From: a virus
Length of the DNA: 64,000 bases
IMG/VR virus record: IMGVR_UViG_3300037484_000104
Location: 1 to 64,000 of that record
Direction: 5' to 3' (one strand)
Positions 30,264 through 39,951 of this stretch are shown here, one piece after another. The notes below the pieces were generated by a model, which saw only the letters and a list, made by a program, of their open reading frames with translations, was not told the origin of the DNA and made no database searches. The first letter of the stretch is position 1. Every line of letters begins with the position of its first letter. Both the position numbers and the translations under genes were made by a program.

Positions 30264-31211
30264 TTATTTGTTTGATATTGGTGTATACTCATCTATTGAG
30301 TTATACTTCAAATTATTAACAAAGGATAGGATTTTAGGTTCTCCATCTCTCACCTTTAGTAGATGCATATATATCATGTTTGTTACAGGCCAATGACTGC
30401 TACCATATGTCTTTAAGCCCAAAATCTCAGGTCTGTGCAACACTATGACATAATCGGAGCCTTGATATACACTATCAGATGAAGATAAATCTCTCCTTTG
30501 TGGAAAATGGAGTAGAGGATTATTAATTCGATCTGTTGACTCTATTTCCCGGTTTAACTGTGATAATTGAATTATCGTTGTTAAGCCAATTTTCTTTTGT
30601 TGAATAAATACCCTTTGGAGTTCTACTATTGTTTCACGTTCACCTTGTCCAGGATTAGGTTTTAGTAGTAACGTATGATCTAATATTATTATTAACCATT
30701 TATCCTTACTAACTAATTCTCTAAATACTTCAATAGTGTTACTTACTTCAACAACTGAACCCGGTGTATCTACATAGTAGACAGGGTAATTTCTTATTTC
30801 TTTTGACTCATGTACTACTTTATTAAAATCGTAATCTGAGAGTGGTTTCTCTGCTGTATATAATTCAGAAGTTGTCTTTTTGAGTTTATAGGATAGCTTT
30901 CTACCCACAACTTTACTAGAAAGCATTTCTAAACTGAATGATAATACTACAAAATCTATATCTGGATTCAAATCAAATAAATCTGTTTCTAAAGAATTGA
31001 CAAATGCCGATTTGCCTGCACCTGATATACCACATGCTGTTATAACTACATTTGGTTCTAATCCTCCATTGCAACTATCATTAAATTTCTTCCATTTAGT
31101 TTTCAAACTTCTGCTAATTCCTTTACGTCTATCATCAATGTATGAAACTATATCATCTGTTGCAACAGATATGTGTTTAAATGTTAAGCTTTTATTCGAG
31201 GGTGTTTCCAT
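30264..31211 (-). CDS. dnaB: Replicative DnaB-family helicase (ATPase domain only)
   Basis: GISGAGKS, FSLEM, IILDH, LSQLNR and DYVIVLHRP motifs. Confidence 0.9.
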   Translation of the reverse strand: METPSNKSLTFKHISVATDDIVSYIDDRRKGISRSLKTKWKKFNDSCNGGLEPNVVITACGISGAGKSAFVNSLETDLFDLNPDIDFVVLSFSLEMLSSKVVGRKLSYKLKKTTSELYTAEKPLSDYDFNKVVHESKEIRNYPVYYVDTPGSVVEVSNTIEVFRELVSKDKWLIIILDHTLLLKPNPGQGERETIVELQRVFIQQKKIGLTTIIQLSQLNREIESTDRINNPLLHFPQRRDLSSSDSVYQGSDYVIVLHRPEILGLKTYGSSHWPVTNMIYMHLLKVRDGEPKILSFVNNLKYNSIDEYTPISNK

Positions 31212-31779
31212 ATCCTAGATCCTCACTATTAGTAAGAGAGTCAATAGTTGATTCAGTTAGAGCTTGTTCGTATATTTTCCACTCTTCACTAATTAACCAT
31301 TTAGATAATCTCTTGAAATAAGACATCTTTCCCTCTTTCCGTTTGAGCGCTATCTCATATCTCAGACACTCTAGAATATGTTGATGTATAAAGTACTTAT
31401 TCTTTGTAATTTTTGAATAAGACATTTTACAACGCTTTAAATCGTTTCTTAAAAAATCTTTAGTTCCATCAGGTCTAATAACTGACACTGGAAACACTTG
31501 TACCAATTCGTCGAAAAAATCACCATTTGCAATTATTCGTAAAAAGTTAGGCCCTAAAGTTATTTTAGAAGGATCGTATTCATTTAAACTATTTTGATTT
31601 GTTACGAATTCTAATAAATTAAACCTATCAAACAATCTTTTTTTCTCTTCACTATTATACAAAAATAGGTATTTAGAGACTAGATCATATTGTTTATCAT
31701 AGATTAATTGTAATACAACAAATTCATCAACTTTAATAAGGTTGTTTATTAATGAATTTACATCTACTTGTATTAACAT
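31192..31779 (-). CDS. Putative replication initiator / helicase-associated protein
   Basis: Overlaps the dnaB start; FDELVQVFP and KWL..EEW motifs resemble phage replisome organiser C-domains. Confidence 0.5.
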   Translation of the reverse strand: MLIQVDVNSLINNLIKVDEFVVLQLIYDKQYDLVSKYLFLYNSEEKKRLFDRFNLLEFVTNQNSLNEYDPSKITLGPNFLRIIANGDFFDELVQVFPVSVIRPDGTKDFLRNDLKRCKMSYSKITKNKYFIHQHILECLRYEIALKRKEGKMSYFKRLSKWLISEEWKIYEQALTESTIDSLTNSEDLGYGNTLE

Positions 31780-31870
31780 TATAAGTTGTTATTACTTGCT
31801 CATTTCTAGGTAGATGTCTGTAAAATTTGTAAGGCATTATGAGCTGTTGATTATTAATATTGTTTTCATA

Positions 31871-32173
31871 CTAGAAACGTTGTCTGTAAGATTTGAGTTT
31901 ATTGTTATTTTTAATTAAAAGTCTTTTTTTATCTCTTAATTGGATAAGTCTATCTGGATCTATTTTAACTTTATAGTCAAATAATTCCATTATACTAACT
32001 GAATCAGCGTCACTATTAGATGCCCTGTTAGACTGACCTCTTTCAAAGAAAGCATATCCCTTGGGAGATTTAAGATCTCGTACTATATCTTGTAGAATAA
32101 GTAATTCTGTATTGGTAGGTTCGTAATTATCTGATATTATTGCGAATACTACATCTATAGTAATGTTTGTCAT
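31871..32173 (-). CDS. Hypothetical protein
   Basis: 100-aa ORF coupled to the polymerase stop codon. Confidence 0.55.
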   Translation of the reverse strand: MTNITIDVVFAIISDNYEPTNTELLILQDIVRDLKSPKGYAFFERGQSNRASNSDADSVSIMELFDYKVKIDPDRLIQLRDKKRLLIKNNNKLKSYRQRF

Positions 32174-33111
32174 TATTTCTCTATTTTGTTAATAATCTTA
32201 TTACACTCATTGATATAATAGTCATAATTAATATTATATTCTGACATAGGTAACTTCCTATATCTATTAAATACTGTGGACAAATATCCTTTTTCAACAC
32301 TAGTTTCTCTACCATCTTCATTACATTTAATAAATGTCTTTCCATTAGTAGATACATAATATCTAACATTTTTTGATAATTTGTTAGCTATCTGATAAGT
32401 TTTTTTAAATTCGTTAATAGATTGATTTAGTGCTGTAGATAATCGACAGGCTCCTTTTTCATAAGATTTGCCATTATCTATCCATTCTTTTTTTATCCAA
32501 GTATTTCCTTCATACTCAATCCAACCATATTCTTTTATAAACTCTATTTTCTCATCTTTATCATTAAAGATTGGGATAATAGGTTCTTGATCGTAATATC
32601 TTTCCTCTAACCACCATCCTTTAACAGTTTTAACTCGTTTACAGAAATGGTATATATTAGTATGATTTAGTATAGTTTCTTCAATAGGTGTGTTATTTAT
32701 GAAGTAATTTGTTAATGCTATACGAACTATACGCATAGAGTTATTCTTGTGGATCTCTGAATCTATTTCAAAGTCACCTTTACGCTTAATCTCATTGTTA
32801 CTATCTAAAGCAATGTAATCGTTTACAGATGTTTGAATTAAGAACTTATAGTCCTTGTACTCAAGTTGGCCTGATTCACTATTACCTACTTTTTTTTCCC
32901 ATTCATGACATATCTCATAATACTTATTATTAAGATCTTTATCAAATAGACACACTATACCATCTGTATTAGCAGATACTACATGTATATTATTTAATTC
33001 CATCTCTTCTATAAGCATTAGAATCTCAAATTGATTACCAATTGTACAAGAGAATTGTACTAATGGATCAAATTGCCACGAATTAATTTCATTGGTTTTA
33101 CCAAAACCTCC
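32173..33111 (-). CDS. polB: Family B DNA polymerase, exon 2
   Basis: Frame is open from 33111 (GGFGKTNEINSWQFDP...) into the listed ORF, which has motif C (SANTDG), VNDYIA and KRKG. Confidence 0.9.
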   Translation of the reverse strand, partial: GGFGKTNEINSWQFDPLVQFSCTIGNQFEILMLIEEMELNNIHVVSANTDGIVCLFDKDLNNKYYEICHEWEKKVGNSESGQLEYKDYKFLIQTSVNDYIALDSNNEIKRKGDFEIDSEIHKNNSMRIVRIALTNYFINNTPIEETILNHTNIYHFCKRVKTVKGWWLEERYYDQEPIIPIFNDKDEKIEFIKEYGWIEYEGNTWIKKEWIDNGKSYEKGACRLSTALNQSINEFKKTYQIANKLSKNVRYYVSTNGKTFIKCNEDGRETSVEKGYLSTVFNRYRKLPMSEYNINYDYYINECNKIINKIEK

Positions 33112-33453
33112 CTTACCACTATAATTTTCATTACCAATCTCATTGCGCCATATCCTATATCCTATACTGGGAGCTACATTATGTATTGTTTGTGGTCTGG
33201 ACTATATCTTTAACTACTCTGATCCTTAGTAGTCAGTGTTCCTGCATCTAGTCTCTACGGCTGAATCTAATAATATGTATTAATCTTAGTTTTCGGACAA
33301 GTATTAGTTGTCCGACTAGAATTACACTAGTCATATTATTAACCTATGCCTCGGTATTAGCATATTAAATTAACTACTAAGGATGATCAATCCGCAAGTA
33401 ACTTAAATTAGCTTTCACCGATATTCAGGAATTTAAAAACGGCAGCTATGTTT
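33112..33453 (-). mobile_element. Group I self-splicing intron (342 nt, no homing endonuclease ORF) in PolB motif B
   Basis: Exon ends in U (AACGGT) and pairs with IGS GCCGTT through a U.G wobble. P4 ATCGGT/ACCGA; R element GTAGAGACTAGA; S element AAGATATAGTCC (P7 GACTA/TAGTC); terminal G at 33112. Splicing restores the frame KLALNG|GGFGK. Confidence 0.92.
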
Positions 33454-34614
33454 ACCGTTTAAAGCTAATTTAAATACCTCTTGTATAGAGTTATATTTAG
33501 CTTTCTTTGTCTTCTTATAAGTAGATTTAGCATCTAATCTACGAGATATATTATCTTTATAACCTTGAATCCATGCTTTACCTAAGTGTCTAGGATAGAG
33601 ATTACGTTTAACAATAGCATTTGGATATTGACTGCCTACGTCAGCGTCACGTAATATTTGATCTTCTATAGGAATTAACTTCCTAGGTTTATCAACAGAA
33701 TGTAATCCTCCTCTAGCAATAGTATATGTAGTATCTCTAAACTCTAGGGTAAAGATCTGCTTCTCTCCATCAGTATCTTGTACTACAGGAGTATCTTTAA
33801 TTAGATTATAGAAGTCATTAAGTTCTTGTGTCTTAAAATGTACATAACTAGGGATACATTGTCCAAATACAAAAGTATCTATAAATTTAGGAAGTACTTT
33901 AATTTGTTTCCAATCTAATCCTGAGTTCTTAGAGTAATTAAGCTTATTTAACTCATCACCAATCTTAACATCATTGTAGTTAATACAATTGATACCAAAT
34001 TCAGCTTGTATATCCTTACGTAATTGTAGTTTATCCTTACCTTTATACAAAGGATTTTCTGTATCTCCTATTGTAATCTTATAGAATTCATATGTAGCCA
34101 GTACATCATTTAAGTTATAGGATAGGATATCAGATACCTCTTCATCTGTAACATAATGACTAGGTTCAAATGGCATATCCTCAACATTCTCAAAGTCCAT
34201 AGCTATCTCTACAGCTTTCAGACTAGTATGTTTAGCCTTGTTATCAAAATGCCAGATCTTGAATAGATCTAATTGAGGGATAAGAGTTTTCCACTCAGGT
34301 ATACTAGACCATTCTGAATTAATTACTTCATTAGATTTATTGTATAGTATTTCAGTAAATAATTCTGAATTCTCCCATATCTTCTGTCTAGTATCAAAAG
34401 TTAATAAATAATGTATTATAGAGTAATCATAATTTATGTTATTAAATCCTATTAATCCCGAAACTTCAGTTTGTAAAAATTTGATATATTCTGAAAAGTC
34501 ATTTTTGGATTTGTGTATTACAAATTGACGTACTTCTTGATTATCTATTGCTAAAAATGTAGCAGTATGACAATTAAAAAGTACTTCAATATCATAGACC
34601 CAAATTCTTTTCAT
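33454..34614 (-). CDS. polB: Family B DNA polymerase, exon 1 (3'-5' exonuclease + motif A)
   Basis: ExoI YDIE, ExoII GFNNINYD, ExoIII YNLNDV, motif A DADVGSQYP, motif B KLALNG. Spliced product is about 699 aa. Confidence 0.9.
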
Positions 34615-34615
34615 A

Positions 34616-34834
34616 TTATCCTTTCATTAAAATTGCAGTAATTATACCTATCATTATTAGTATACCAGAAATAATAATATCATATTTTGCTAATCTTGTT
34701 TTAGCAAAATCTTCCATTGCATTTATGATATATCCAATATATTTTTCAGATATTTTTATATTATGTTTATCATAACAATCTTTAAGATATATATCTAATA
34801 TATCTTTAGATAATTTTCTATTCTTTTCTGTCAT
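34616..34834 (-). CDS. Small protein with C-terminal TM helix
   Basis: IIISGILIMIGIITAILM. Confidence 0.55.
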   Translation of the reverse strand: MTEKNRKLSKDILDIYLKDCYDKHNIKISEKYIGYIINAMEDFAKTRLAKYDIIISGILIMIGIITAILMKG

Positions 34835-34835
34835 T

Positions 34836-35300
34836 CTATTCTATATTATAAGTTATTCCTGGAAGATATTTCTGTAAAATATTGTCAAATCCTTTTTTGT
34901 AGTTTTCAGATATATTTTTAGAATATAGTTTCAAAATACGCTTTATATGATTTATTTCTAAATCTTTAATTAGTCTAGTTATTGGTTTTTCTAGTAAATT
35001 CCCGTCTTTATCATAAACACTAGTCCATAGTAAATATTCTTCTGGAGCTAATTCTTGATCTACTAGAATATCTTCTTCTTCATCATTCCAAGCTTTAAAA
35101 TTATCAGGAATTAACCCTAGATTGATAAGGACTTGTCCTATACGCTGATCTGAATTTTCTTTCCAATAGTTAGTGAATTTGCTAGAATTATCCCATCCTA
35201 ATATATCTAAAAGAAAACCATGTTCTAATCCCCAACGATTTGCTAAAAATTCAATATCAACTTTACTTATAAAGTTATCAATTCTTTCAATTGGTCTCAT
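34836..35300 (-). CDS. Hypothetical phage protein
   Basis: MRPIERID...W..NSDQRIGQ motif, recurrent in phages. Confidence 0.6.
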   Translation of the reverse strand: MRPIERIDNFISKVDIEFLANRWGLEHGFLLDILGWDNSSKFTNYWKENSDQRIGQVLINLGLIPDNFKAWNDEEEDILVDQELAPEEYLLWTSVYDKDGNLLEKPITRLIKDLEINHIKRILKLYSKNISENYKKGFDNILQKYLPGITYNIE

Positions 35301-35793
35301 CTTTTAAGTATTTAATTTCTGTACAATTACCTGTTGATTTATATATAATGGGTTCCCAATTAGTATGTAATTTTCCACACTCCTTACACAATGTCTTAAT
35401 CCATCCAGTTGTAATACCTATATCCTTATTAGAACCACATTCTTCACATGTTGTATGAGAAGCATGTTCTAATATATCTATTACTTTAGGTGTAGATATA
35501 CAGTATAAACAAAGTGATCCATATTTTTCTTTTATCTGAGAAAATTTATAAGATGGTGGAATTAATATATCTAATCCTATCTTGTTAATTAGTGTTCCAA
35601 ATTTAGTTAACCAATATCCTCTACACATTGACCAATTCCACAAATGTTTTAACCAAAAGGGTATATTAGGCCAATTTGAATCTAGTATTATTGCTGCGGA
35701 TAAAGTTAGGTGATCCCAACCTCTTCCATGAGCAAAACATAGATTTACATGACTATATTTGTTTCTGTAATAGTCTCTTTCTTTATCTGTCAT
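35287..35793 (-). CDS. Phage protein with QxKEKxG motif and C-terminal Zn ribbon
   Basis: QIKEKYGSL, TCEECG and GWIKTLCKEC. Confidence 0.7.
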   Translation of the reverse strand: MTDKERDYYRNKYSHVNLCFAHGRGWDHLTLSAAIILDSNWPNIPFWLKHLWNWSMCRGYWLTKFGTLINKIGLDILIPPSYKFSQIKEKYGSLCLYCISTPKVIDILEHASHTTCEECGSNKDIGITTGWIKTLCKECGKLHTNWEPIIYKSTGNCTEIKYLKDETN

Positions 35794-35897
35794 TCTGTTT
35801 TATTATTACATTTTGGACAAGATATACAATAGATTCTTTTATCATATATTTCTCCACACTTTGCACAAGTATACCATAATTCGTGATTATATAACAT
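35790..35897 (-). CDS. 35-aa Zn-ribbon microprotein (not in the ORF track)
   Basis: MLYNHELWYTCAKCGEIYDKRIYCISCPKCNNKTE; ATGA overlap with the next gene. Confidence 0.55.
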   Translation of the reverse strand: MLYNHELWYTCAKCGEIYDKRIYCISCPKCNNKTE

Positions 35898-35908
35898 AAT
35901 TTATGTAT

Positions 35909-35967
35909 TAGTACCACTTGTTGAATCGAACATACATTCTTATTATTTCGGATTAACCGTTAGTGGT
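35909..35967 (-). ncRNA. Degenerate anticodon-less tRNA-like element
   Basis: ACCACT/AGTGGT acceptor-like stem, small CGG-TTAAT-CCG hairpin, imperfect T arm with TTCGATT loop, 3' ACTA. Confidence 0.45.
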
Positions 35968-35973
35968 ATGATA

Positions 35974-36113
35974 AAAGATTATCTATTCTCAAGGTTTCTG
36001 AATAAATCACTACTATAAACCTTTTTTCGCTTTTGAAGGGATGATTAGCCCCGGAATTATTTACAGTTCTCCTTAGTATTTCTACTTTAGTGTGTTTTGA
36101 ATAGATAATCTTT
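35974..36113 (-). ncRNA. Intergenic multibranch RNA closed by a perfect 15-bp stem, downstream of thyX
   Basis: AAAGATTATCTATTC/GAATAGATAATCTTT; internal AAGGTTT/AAACCTT and GGG/CCC helices. Confidence 0.5.
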
Positions 36114-36119
36114 AAATTT

Positions 36120-36803
36120 TTAGTAGGTAATATCGTCAAATATTACTGGAATTTTACTTTTTAGTTCTTCTAATAAGGGAATTGTAAGTTCTCTCATTTG
36201 AGGATGAGCTGAAACTGCGGTGCGAAGTTTAAAGAAATGTCTCCATTCTCTAAGATTCATTTTAATATTAATCTCAGTTTTAAGAGAATTTGGTAGTATA
36301 GACCTAGCTTGTTGAGGTTGCCATCCTTGTTCTATTAGATATAAATAACTTGCTTCAGATTGAAGTAAATTAAATCCGTATCTTCCAATAGGAGTATTAT
36401 CTTGATTTTTCATATTATTAAACTTCAAGAAATCATCTACATTAGTAAATTCACCCTCTTGTATATCTAACCAAGATGGTATTATAAATGTTAAATGTCC
36501 ACCAAATTGTCCTTTAGAATAATTTACATATCTAGTACTTTCTTGAGCAAATGATGCAATACGATGACGTACTAATTCATGTGATACTCCTCTATCACAG
36601 ATAAATTTTACTGTAATATCAAAGAATTCAATCATAGCTTCATGACCTTTTGATATTAGAGTTTTAACTATTTTTTCAGCAGAATCTTCTGTTATTTTGT
36701 CCTCTGATTTATAACAAGTTCTAGCTACTTTTTCAAGAGTTTGTAATATATCTAATCCATTAATTGGAGTTAGAATTTCTGTTGATGGCTTGATTAATTT
36801 CAT
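36120..36803 (-). CDS. thyX: Flavin-dependent thymidylate synthase
   Basis: ARTCYKSE, GHEAMIE, SHELVRHRIASFAQESTRY and QARSILP motifs. Confidence 0.97.
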   Translation of the reverse strand: MKLIKPSTEILTPINGLDILQTLEKVARTCYKSEDKITEDSAEKIVKTLISKGHEAMIEFFDITVKFICDRGVSHELVRHRIASFAQESTRYVNYSKGQFGGHLTFIIPSWLDIQEGEFTNVDDFLKFNNMKNQDNTPIGRYGFNLLQSEASYLYLIEQGWQPQQARSILPNSLKTEINIKMNLREWRHFFKLRTAVSAHPQMRELTIPLLEELKSKIPVIFDDITY

Positions 36804-36804
36804 A

Positions 36805-37236
36805 TTATTTGATTATTTCTTGAGCATGTTCCCCATCATCAATACTTTGAAAATGATAACCTTTATTTTCAGCTTCTAACCATTCAAGCCTAATTCCATT
36901 GAATAGATCAACTAAATATTCCATATTATTGGTTTCTTTATATAAAGTTAGTCTTCGTTGAAGAAACTCTTTATAATTATATTTACCAATATTTTCCCTA
37001 GTTTTACTACCATATCTAAAGGTTCCTTGCATCATTCGATGATCAGCTAGTTTATTTACAATTTCTGTAGTTTTTTGTAGAAAATCTGGAATAGATAAGT
37101 TAATTAAATCTTCTATTGATTTTATACTACCTGAATCTATTTTATCACGTTTATCATAATCAATCTCAGATAAACCACATTTCCACTTCCAAGCATTGTC
37201 CATGAAAAATTCGTTAATTCTTATTTTCTTATTCAT
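36805..37236 (-). CDS. Hypothetical phage protein
   Basis: RMMQGTFRYG and NMEYLVD motifs. Confidence 0.6.
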   Translation of the reverse strand: MNKKIRINEFFMDNAWKWKCGLSEIDYDKRDKIDSGSIKSIEDLINLSIPDFLQKTTEIVNKLADHRMMQGTFRYGSKTRENIGKYNYKEFLQRRLTLYKETNNMEYLVDLFNGIRLEWLEAENKGYHFQSIDDGEHAQEIIK

Positions 37237-39427
37237 GTAGAATTTTTATAGTATTTTTAACTTTTAAATACTTTTTTGTCTTAGTTTCCGGGATAGGAGT
37301 TACCCACTTCTTTGTTTTCTTAAATGGACTTCTTAAAGGATTATACCTTCTAATCCATTTAGTAAATTCCCAGATATTCTCACTAATTATAGTGGAGGTA
37401 GTTTCGTCAAATCTCTTCTTTATAAGAGGGGATAGTTGTTCTACACCTTTCTTAATAACTTTAGGTATTACCACTATTTTGGCCTCTAGGAAGCCTTTGG
37501 TTGGATTATCTTTCTTTTCTGGTATAAGTATACCATCTGGAACGATCTCTTCACTACGGTGCTTAAATAGGGCAAAATCAAGGACTTCTGTAACAGATGC
37601 TTGAAATTTATGATAAGATCTATTAATAGCTTTCTCTAATGTTGGAGAAATTACTGTAGATACAAATCCTGCTTTACCACTTCCATCTGGAACATGTTTT
37701 TCTATTGTTACTACAAATTCTTTAAAGTTTTCTTTTGATATCTTATTAGAGTTACCACTGTGCTTTTTACGTAATGACTTCTTCTGATTTTTAGTTTTTA
37801 TCTTTTTAGTAATTACTAAGTCAGAAGTGACTGGTACAAATACCATTTCATATGTAGGCGGTATTCCCTTTATCGGATCAGCTTTGACAATTACTATATT
37901 ATTAAATTGACCTAAACATTTTTCACCATAAATAGGATCAAAATCTTGTGTAACTTCATTCCATTCCCAATCAATAATTGGACTACCTTTGATTAAATCT
38001 GTTCTTTTTTCAAAAGGAATTACTTCTATAATAGTCTTTATGTTATTGTGATTAGAAGATACCTTCTTTGGAGATTTCTCTCTAGGGATGTATATTCCAT
38101 TATCACCATTTGCTGGAGTAAACGACTTACCATATTTTACTTTCTGTAGCTTCCTTGCTTCAGATTTAGTAAAGAATTTGTATTTATATGGAGATTTTTT
38201 AACTAACTTATCAGCTAATCTCCAATATACTCTTTTAATCTTATCTCCAATAATTGTTCCTACCCAAACTAATCTATTTTCAGATAAATCAGTTTTAGTT
38301 ACTTTACTTGGACTCCACTTATACGGAGCTTTAGGAGGAAAAGATGTAGCAGTAAGTGCTCTTTCTGATTTTGTTATTAGTTGAACTTTTAATATACCAA
38401 TTTTTTGCTTCTGTTTTTTTTGAGTAACAGGGTACATCTTGTCTTCTTTACCTTGAATATATAATTCATTACCCAGTAAATCCTTAACTGGGACTATTGA
38501 CTTTTTTTTAGTCATAATTTCTTTATGTTGCGATTTGTATAATTCCGAATCTACTAACTTATCTGGAATGTCTTTTTTAATTGTTCCAGAATTTACTAAT
38601 TCCATCCATACTTGTTTACGAAGTACTTCATCTGTCATTAGTACATCTTCTTTTTTATAGTCTGTGAAGATATAGACTTGATCTTTTGAATTTACGTGAT
38701 CAAATGGAGTAGCATACTTCGAGTTATTCTCTATTTCAAATTCACATCCACCACCAGTGATTCTATATAGTGCTCCATTTATCTCTAATATTTTTCCCAT
38801 TCGTCTGATATGACGATTAGATTCATCTGGATATATATCTTGATTTAAAGTCATATTAGTTAATAACTCTTCAGCTTGATCAGTACTATATATACCACTA
38901 GATCTATAGATATTGTCTTTATTATAACCAGGAACTATAATTTGTCTAATAGGATGAGATGAATGAACTCCCATTCCAATCCATTTATTTGAATCACTTT
39001 TTATTCCTTCTACATAGAAGTAATAGAGTTTCATCTTTGATATTTTTTGATTGATTGTTTCATAACTATAATCTTTATAACCTCTCCCATATCTATTTTT
39101 GGATAGTTTATATGACCAATAACTCCATTTTACAGTAATAGGAAATCGAAATGAACAATTATTACGTAATTCTGCCGTTTTTGTTGGAATATTTATATAT
39201 ACAATAGTGTCATCATGAACTACTCTAACATATCCAATCTTAAGCATTTGTTTAATTCGATCTATTGTTAAATCTTCAAATCCTTTTGTCTTAGTCCAAT
39301 ATATAGTTTTAACTATTCCTTCAGTTTTAACTAAGGATATATACTCGAACTCAAAATTATCTGTAAATTCATCAATAGTTGGAAGTCGATAATCATCGAA
39401 CTTATTCCAGTTTACTATTTTTTCCAT
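37229..39427 (-). CDS. Large Lys-rich hypothetical protein
   Basis: 732-aa ORF; no recognised motif. Confidence 0.65.
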   Translation of the reverse strand: MEKIVNWNKFDDYRLPTIDEFTDNFEFEYISLVKTEGIVKTIYWTKTKGFEDLTIDRIKQMLKIGYVRVVHDDTIVYINIPTKTAELRNNCSFRFPITVKWSYWSYKLSKNRYGRGYKDYSYETINQKISKMKLYYFYVEGIKSDSNKWIGMGVHSSHPIRQIIVPGYNKDNIYRSSGIYSTDQAEELLTNMTLNQDIYPDESNRHIRRMGKILEINGALYRITGGGCEFEIENNSKYATPFDHVNSKDQVYIFTDYKKEDVLMTDEVLRKQVWMELVNSGTIKKDIPDKLVDSELYKSQHKEIMTKKKSIVPVKDLLGNELYIQGKEDKMYPVTQKKQKQKIGILKVQLITKSERALTATSFPPKAPYKWSPSKVTKTDLSENRLVWVGTIIGDKIKRVYWRLADKLVKKSPYKYKFFTKSEARKLQKVKYGKSFTPANGDNGIYIPREKSPKKVSSNHNNIKTIIEVIPFEKRTDLIKGSPIIDWEWNEVTQDFDPIYGEKCLGQFNNIVIVKADPIKGIPPTYEMVFVPVTSDLVITKKIKTKNQKKSLRKKHSGNSNKISKENFKEFVVTIEKHVPDGSGKAGFVSTVISPTLEKAINRSYHKFQASVTEVLDFALFKHRSEEIVPDGILIPEKKDNPTKGFLEAKIVVIPKVIKKGVEQLSPLIKKRFDETTSTIISENIWEFTKWIRRYNPLRSPFKKTKKWVTPIPETKTKKYLKVKNTIKILHE

Positions 39428-39950
39428 TTTTGATATTCTTTAAATACCATTCGTACCCAAAGATTCTACCTTCTAGTTTAAGTTTGGCTTTTCTTCTTTG
39501 TTTACAATTTAATTTCTTTTCCATTGTTGATTTTCTATGTATAAAACAATTTGAATTTTCTGGTTGACAAATATTTGGACTTAATTTAACTAATTTATCA
39601 AATTTAATACAAGCCGATCCCTCTCTGTTTAAGTATTTACAGTCATTACAATTTGTATCTATTAATTGACACTCATGTGATTCAAATTGTTTAGATTTTT
39701 GTAATAGATCTTTATGGATAGGTTTCCATATAAATGGAGTCCAATAGCTTATTCTTATTGCTATTGTATCTATACTTAATAATACTCCAGATTCACAACA
39801 ATATTTAGATGGAATCCAATATTTATGAAAAAGATTATTAAAGAATTGTTGTCTATCTGGTTTTTCTTTTATCCACTTTTCATAGAATTCACTTAAATTA
39901 TCTGAAAAACATGCTTGGATAAAGTAATCTTTTTCGGATAACTGTTTCAT
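39402..39950 (-). CDS. Cys-rich hypothetical protein
   Basis: CQLIDTNCNDC...C...CQPEN..CFIHR. Confidence 0.6.
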   Translation of the reverse strand: MKQLSEKDYFIQACFSDNLSEFYEKWIKEKPDRQQFFNNLFHKYWIPSKYCCESGVLLSIDTIAIRISYWTPFIWKPIHKDLLQKSKQFESHECQLIDTNCNDCKYLNREGSACIKFDKLVKLSPNICQPENSNCFIHRKSTMEKKLNCKQRRKAKLKLEGRIFGYEWYLKNIKNGKNSKLE

Positions 39951-39951
39951 A

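Noticed and set aside
33433-33453. PolB as a frameshifted pseudogene or two-subunit enzyme
   Set aside because: The gap is fully explained by a group I intron that splices in frame; KHSCRF is intron read-through.
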